From: Hormoscilla sp.
GTDB lineage: Bacteria; Cyanobacteriota; Cyanobacteriia; Cyanobacteriales; Desertifilaceae
Assembly: GCA_051439505.1 (NCBI GenBank)
Contig: JBFRWI010000105.1
Location: 1 to 21,357, forward strand
DNA length: 21,357 nt
Direction: 5' to 3'
Shown here: positions 18,791 through 21,357 of the stretch, one piece after another
Position numbering within the stretch: the first letter of the stretch is position 1
Layout: each line of letters opens with the position of its first letter
Made by a program: the position numbers and the translations under genes
Notes under the pieces: model-generated
What the model was told of the DNA's origin: nothing
The model's input: only the letters and a program-made list of their open reading frames with translations
The model's database searches: none

Positions 18791-21357
18791 CTAGGTTATC
18801 TCTCCGGCAGCTTTGTCTATACAAGCCTTCAACGTAGAGGCTAATACCTGTACTTTGGGCTGTTGAAATATGCTGATGTGGTCGCCAGGCACTTCATGCA
18901 CTTCTACTCCTTTGAGTGCCACCTTGCCCCAGCCGCCTTCAGGATCTGCGTGAACGCTAGCAGAACCCATTTTAGCTCGGATCAGGGTCACCCGACCTGG
19001 TAATGGTTGAGGGACATAACTGCTGTAGGCTTTACGGTTGCTCTCGATAATTTGTTCGTAAGGACGGATGAGCTCTTCAGGTGGATTATATAATCTTCGG
19101 GGCTTGCGGCGGGTGTTGCGGAGATACATTTGACGCAGAGCTTCGATCAGATCCCAATTGCCCTCAATGCCTAACCCCGTCTTGACCTTAATGTAATTGA
19201 GCTTTTCTTGGGGTTCTAACTCTATCAGGTTTTTCACGTGAAATGAAAGCCAACTTTTGAACGTGGGACGCAAACTGGGTTCGCGAGTATCAAACAAAAC
19301 CAGCAGAGCCACTTCCTGACCTTGAGCATAAAGTTGCTGGGCGATCTCAAAGGCCACCATTCCTCCAAAGGAATAGCCTCCTAGATAATATGGCCCTTCC
19401 GGCTGGAGGTGACGCATAGCTTTGGTGTAGTTAGCTGCTATATCCTGAATGCGATCGAGGTTCTGCTTTTGCCCATCTAATCCCTCTGCCTGTAGTCCGT
19501 AAACCGGTTGATCCTGTCCCAGATTCATTGCCAGTTCCCGATAGGAGAGCACGTTGCCACCTACTGCATGAACGCAGAAGAACGGAGGTTTGGAACCATT
19601 TGGTTGCATCGCCACTAAGGGAGACCAAGGTGCTGACCATCCATCAGTACGAATGATTTTTCCTAGTTCCGCGATCGTCGGTGCCTGGAAAAGGGTGGCT
19701 AAGGGCAGCTTTTGCTTCGTCACCTTTTCAATTTCAGAGAAGAGAGTGACCGCCAGTAGGGAATGCCCCCCAAGTTCAAAGAAGTCGTCTTTAACCCCGA
19801 TCGGGTCAACCCCCAGCACCGACTGCCAAATCTCGACCAGTTGCCGTTCCAGCTCATCTTCGGGGGCGACAAAAGTCTCCGCTTCCGAAGTCAGATTCCG
19901 TTCCGGCGCTGGTAGGGCCCTTTTATCGACTTTACCATTGGCAGTCAGGGGTAAAGTCTCTAGCAGCACGAAGGCCGATGGCACCATGTAGCTGGGCAAC
20001 TTCTGCTTCACCAATTGGCGCAGTTCGTCAACCGTCACTGCTTCCTTTTGCTCTTGGTGCAGGACTACATAGGCCACCAGGCGCTTGTTCCCCGGACGGT
20101 CTTCCCGGGCGATCGCCACTGCTTCTGCTACTGCTGGGTGTTGGGCAAGGATGGCTTCTATCTCCCCTGTTTCGATCCGGAAACCCCGAATTTTCACTTG
20201 ATTGTCCGCGCGACCCTGAAACACTATGTTTCCATCTGGCAGGTAGCGAGCCAAGTCCCCCGTCCGGTAGAGCATGTCCCCCGCCATTTTTGTCAAGGGG
20301 TTGACAATGAATCGCTCCTGAGTCATCTCCTCTGCACCAATATAGCCTTTAGCCAAATAAGGAGTGCGCACGTATACTTCTCCCACCTCGCCTATACCTG
20401 CCAACTGTTGCTGGCTGTTGAGCACCAGTAGTTGCACGTCGGCAATTCCCCGACCGATGGGAATACTGGGGCCACCGACAAGGGACTGGTCAGAGGATTT
20501 GGGACAGATGAAATATCCCATTGCTTGTGGGGTTTCTGTCGCCCCGTAGAAATTCACGCAGGTCACTTCTGGAGCTAATTTGGATATCCTGGCCACATCC
20601 TGCGGGGTTAAGCGATCGCCCCCGAAAAACCCATAACGCAGTTCGGGTAATATGACGCTTTCGCTTTCACTGAGCAGTTGCCCCATGGCCGGAGTCAGAT
20701 GGGTAACGCTAAGAAGCTGTCTTTTCATCCAATGGGCTAGCTGACCGGGAGTTTCGATATCCTCACCAGAGGGAATATATAAAGTAGCGCCAATGCACAG
20801 TGGTGTAAAGATATCCCGCAGCAAGGGGTCGTGGGAGAGTCCCGAGAGCATACTGAAGCGATCGCCCTCAGTCAAACCAAACTTCTGAGCATGCCAGCCC
20901 ATAAAATGAGATAGGGGTTTGTGGCTGCCTGCAATTCCCTTGGGCTTGCCAGTCGAACCCGATGTAAAGGCCACATAGGCTAAGTCGTCTGGCCCTACCG
21001 TCACTGCTGGGTCTGAGGTTTCATAATCTCCCAACTCCGGTACATTCGCCATGATGTCCGCAGGCAGTTCCAGCCGTAAGGGCAATTCATTAATTACCTC
21101 AAGTAATTCTGGCCCTGGCTGGGTCGCTGCTGCTGTCAGTTGCAGCCAACCCCTCGGCGCTGCTATGCCCAGACAATCTATTAAACGAGAACTTGGATAA
21201 GCTGGGTCAAGAATGATAAAGGCTGCACCTGCTTTGAGTACCCCTAATAGGGCCCAGACAAGGGCGGCGCTACGGTGAGCGTAGATCGCCACTATGTCCT
21301 GGCGGCAGATGCCATTTGCTCGCAAGTAGTGGGCCAGTTGGTTGCTGCGAGCATTCA
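18791..21357 (-). CDS. Non-ribosomal peptide synthetase-like protein, terminal A-T-TE module (5' end outside the window)
   Basis: The frame is open to the window edge (NARSNQLAHYLR). A3 YVAFTSGSTGKPKG, A5 NFYGATE, A7 YRTGDL, A8 GRADNQVKIRGFRIE, A10 NGKVDK; carrier DDFFELGGHSL; thioesterase GYSFGG and PGDH. Confidence 0.93.
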   Translation of the reverse strand, partial: NARSNQLAHYLRANGICRQDIVAIYAHRSAALVWALLGVLKAGAAFIILDPAYPSSRLIDCLGIAAPRGWLQLTAAATQPGPELLEVINELPLRLELPADIMANVPELGDYETSDPAVTVGPDDLAYVAFTSGSTGKPKGIAGSHKPLSHFMGWHAQKFGLTEGDRFSMLSGLSHDPLLRDIFTPLCIGATLYIPSGEDIETPGQLAHWMKRQLLSVTHLTPAMGQLLSESESVILPELRYGFFGGDRLTPQDVARISKLAPEVTCVNFYGATETPQAMGYFICPKSSDQSLVGGPSIPIGRGIADVQLLVLNSQQQLAGIGEVGEVYVRTPYLAKGYIGAEEMTQERFIVNPLTKMAGDMLYRTGDLARYLPDGNIVFQGRADNQVKIRGFRIETGEIEAILAQHPAVAEAVAIAREDRPGNKRLVAYVVLHQEQKEAVTVDELRQLVKQKLPSYMVPSAFVLLETLPLTANGKVDKRALPAPERNLTSEAETFVAPEDELERQLVEIWQSVLGVDPIGVKDDFFELGGHSLLAVTLFSEIEKVTKQKLPLATLFQAPTIAELGKIIRTDGWSAPWSPLVAMQPNGSKPPFFCVHAVGGNVLSYRELAMNLGQDQPVYGLQAEGLDGQKQNLDRIQDIAANYTKAMRHLQPEGPYYLGGYSFGGMVAFEIAQQLYAQGQEVALLVLFDTREPSLRPTFKSWLSFHVKNLIELEPQEKLNYIKVKTGLGIEGNWDLIEALRQMYLRNTRRKPRRLYNPPEELIRPYEQIIESNRKAYSSYVPQPLPGRVTLIRAKMGSASVHADPEGGWGKVALKGVEVHEVPGDHISIFQQPKVQVLASTLKACIDKAAGEIT

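Noticed and set aside
21323..21325. TTG start of the NRPS given by the ORF track
   Set aside because: The frame stays open to the window edge and reads as the internal start of an A domain, so the gene is truncated by the window.

Overview
Cyanobacterial chromosomal window. At least 13 HIP1 GCGATCGC octamers were counted by eye, along with heptamer STRR-like repeats and a PEP-CTERM gene. The left and centre hold housekeeping and accessory genes: miaA divergent from an intein-containing gyrB (443-aa intein with an HNH endonuclease), a secreted-type WD40 protein, a PEP-CTERM protein, a DUF3386-like protein, exoD, ahcY and an orphan AT-rich ORF with a Roadblock/LC7-like pattern. The right ~10 kb is a minus-strand surface-polysaccharide locus: a 5'-truncated NRPS-like A-T-TE gene, a Wzx flippase, a Wzy/O-antigen-ligase-family membrane protein, a clan-A glycoside-hydrolase-like protein and two GT4 glycosyltransferases. 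The NRPS adenylation domain resembles fungal Lys2 (alpha-aminoadipate reductase) rather than a canonical peptide-synthetase A domain. This is the best candidate for an undescribed system, possibly aminoacyl tailoring of exopolysaccharide. Intergenic regions contain at least five distinct REP/MITE-like palindromic repeat families, two with compensatory substitutions between copies. All family assignments come from recalled motifs; no database searches were run.
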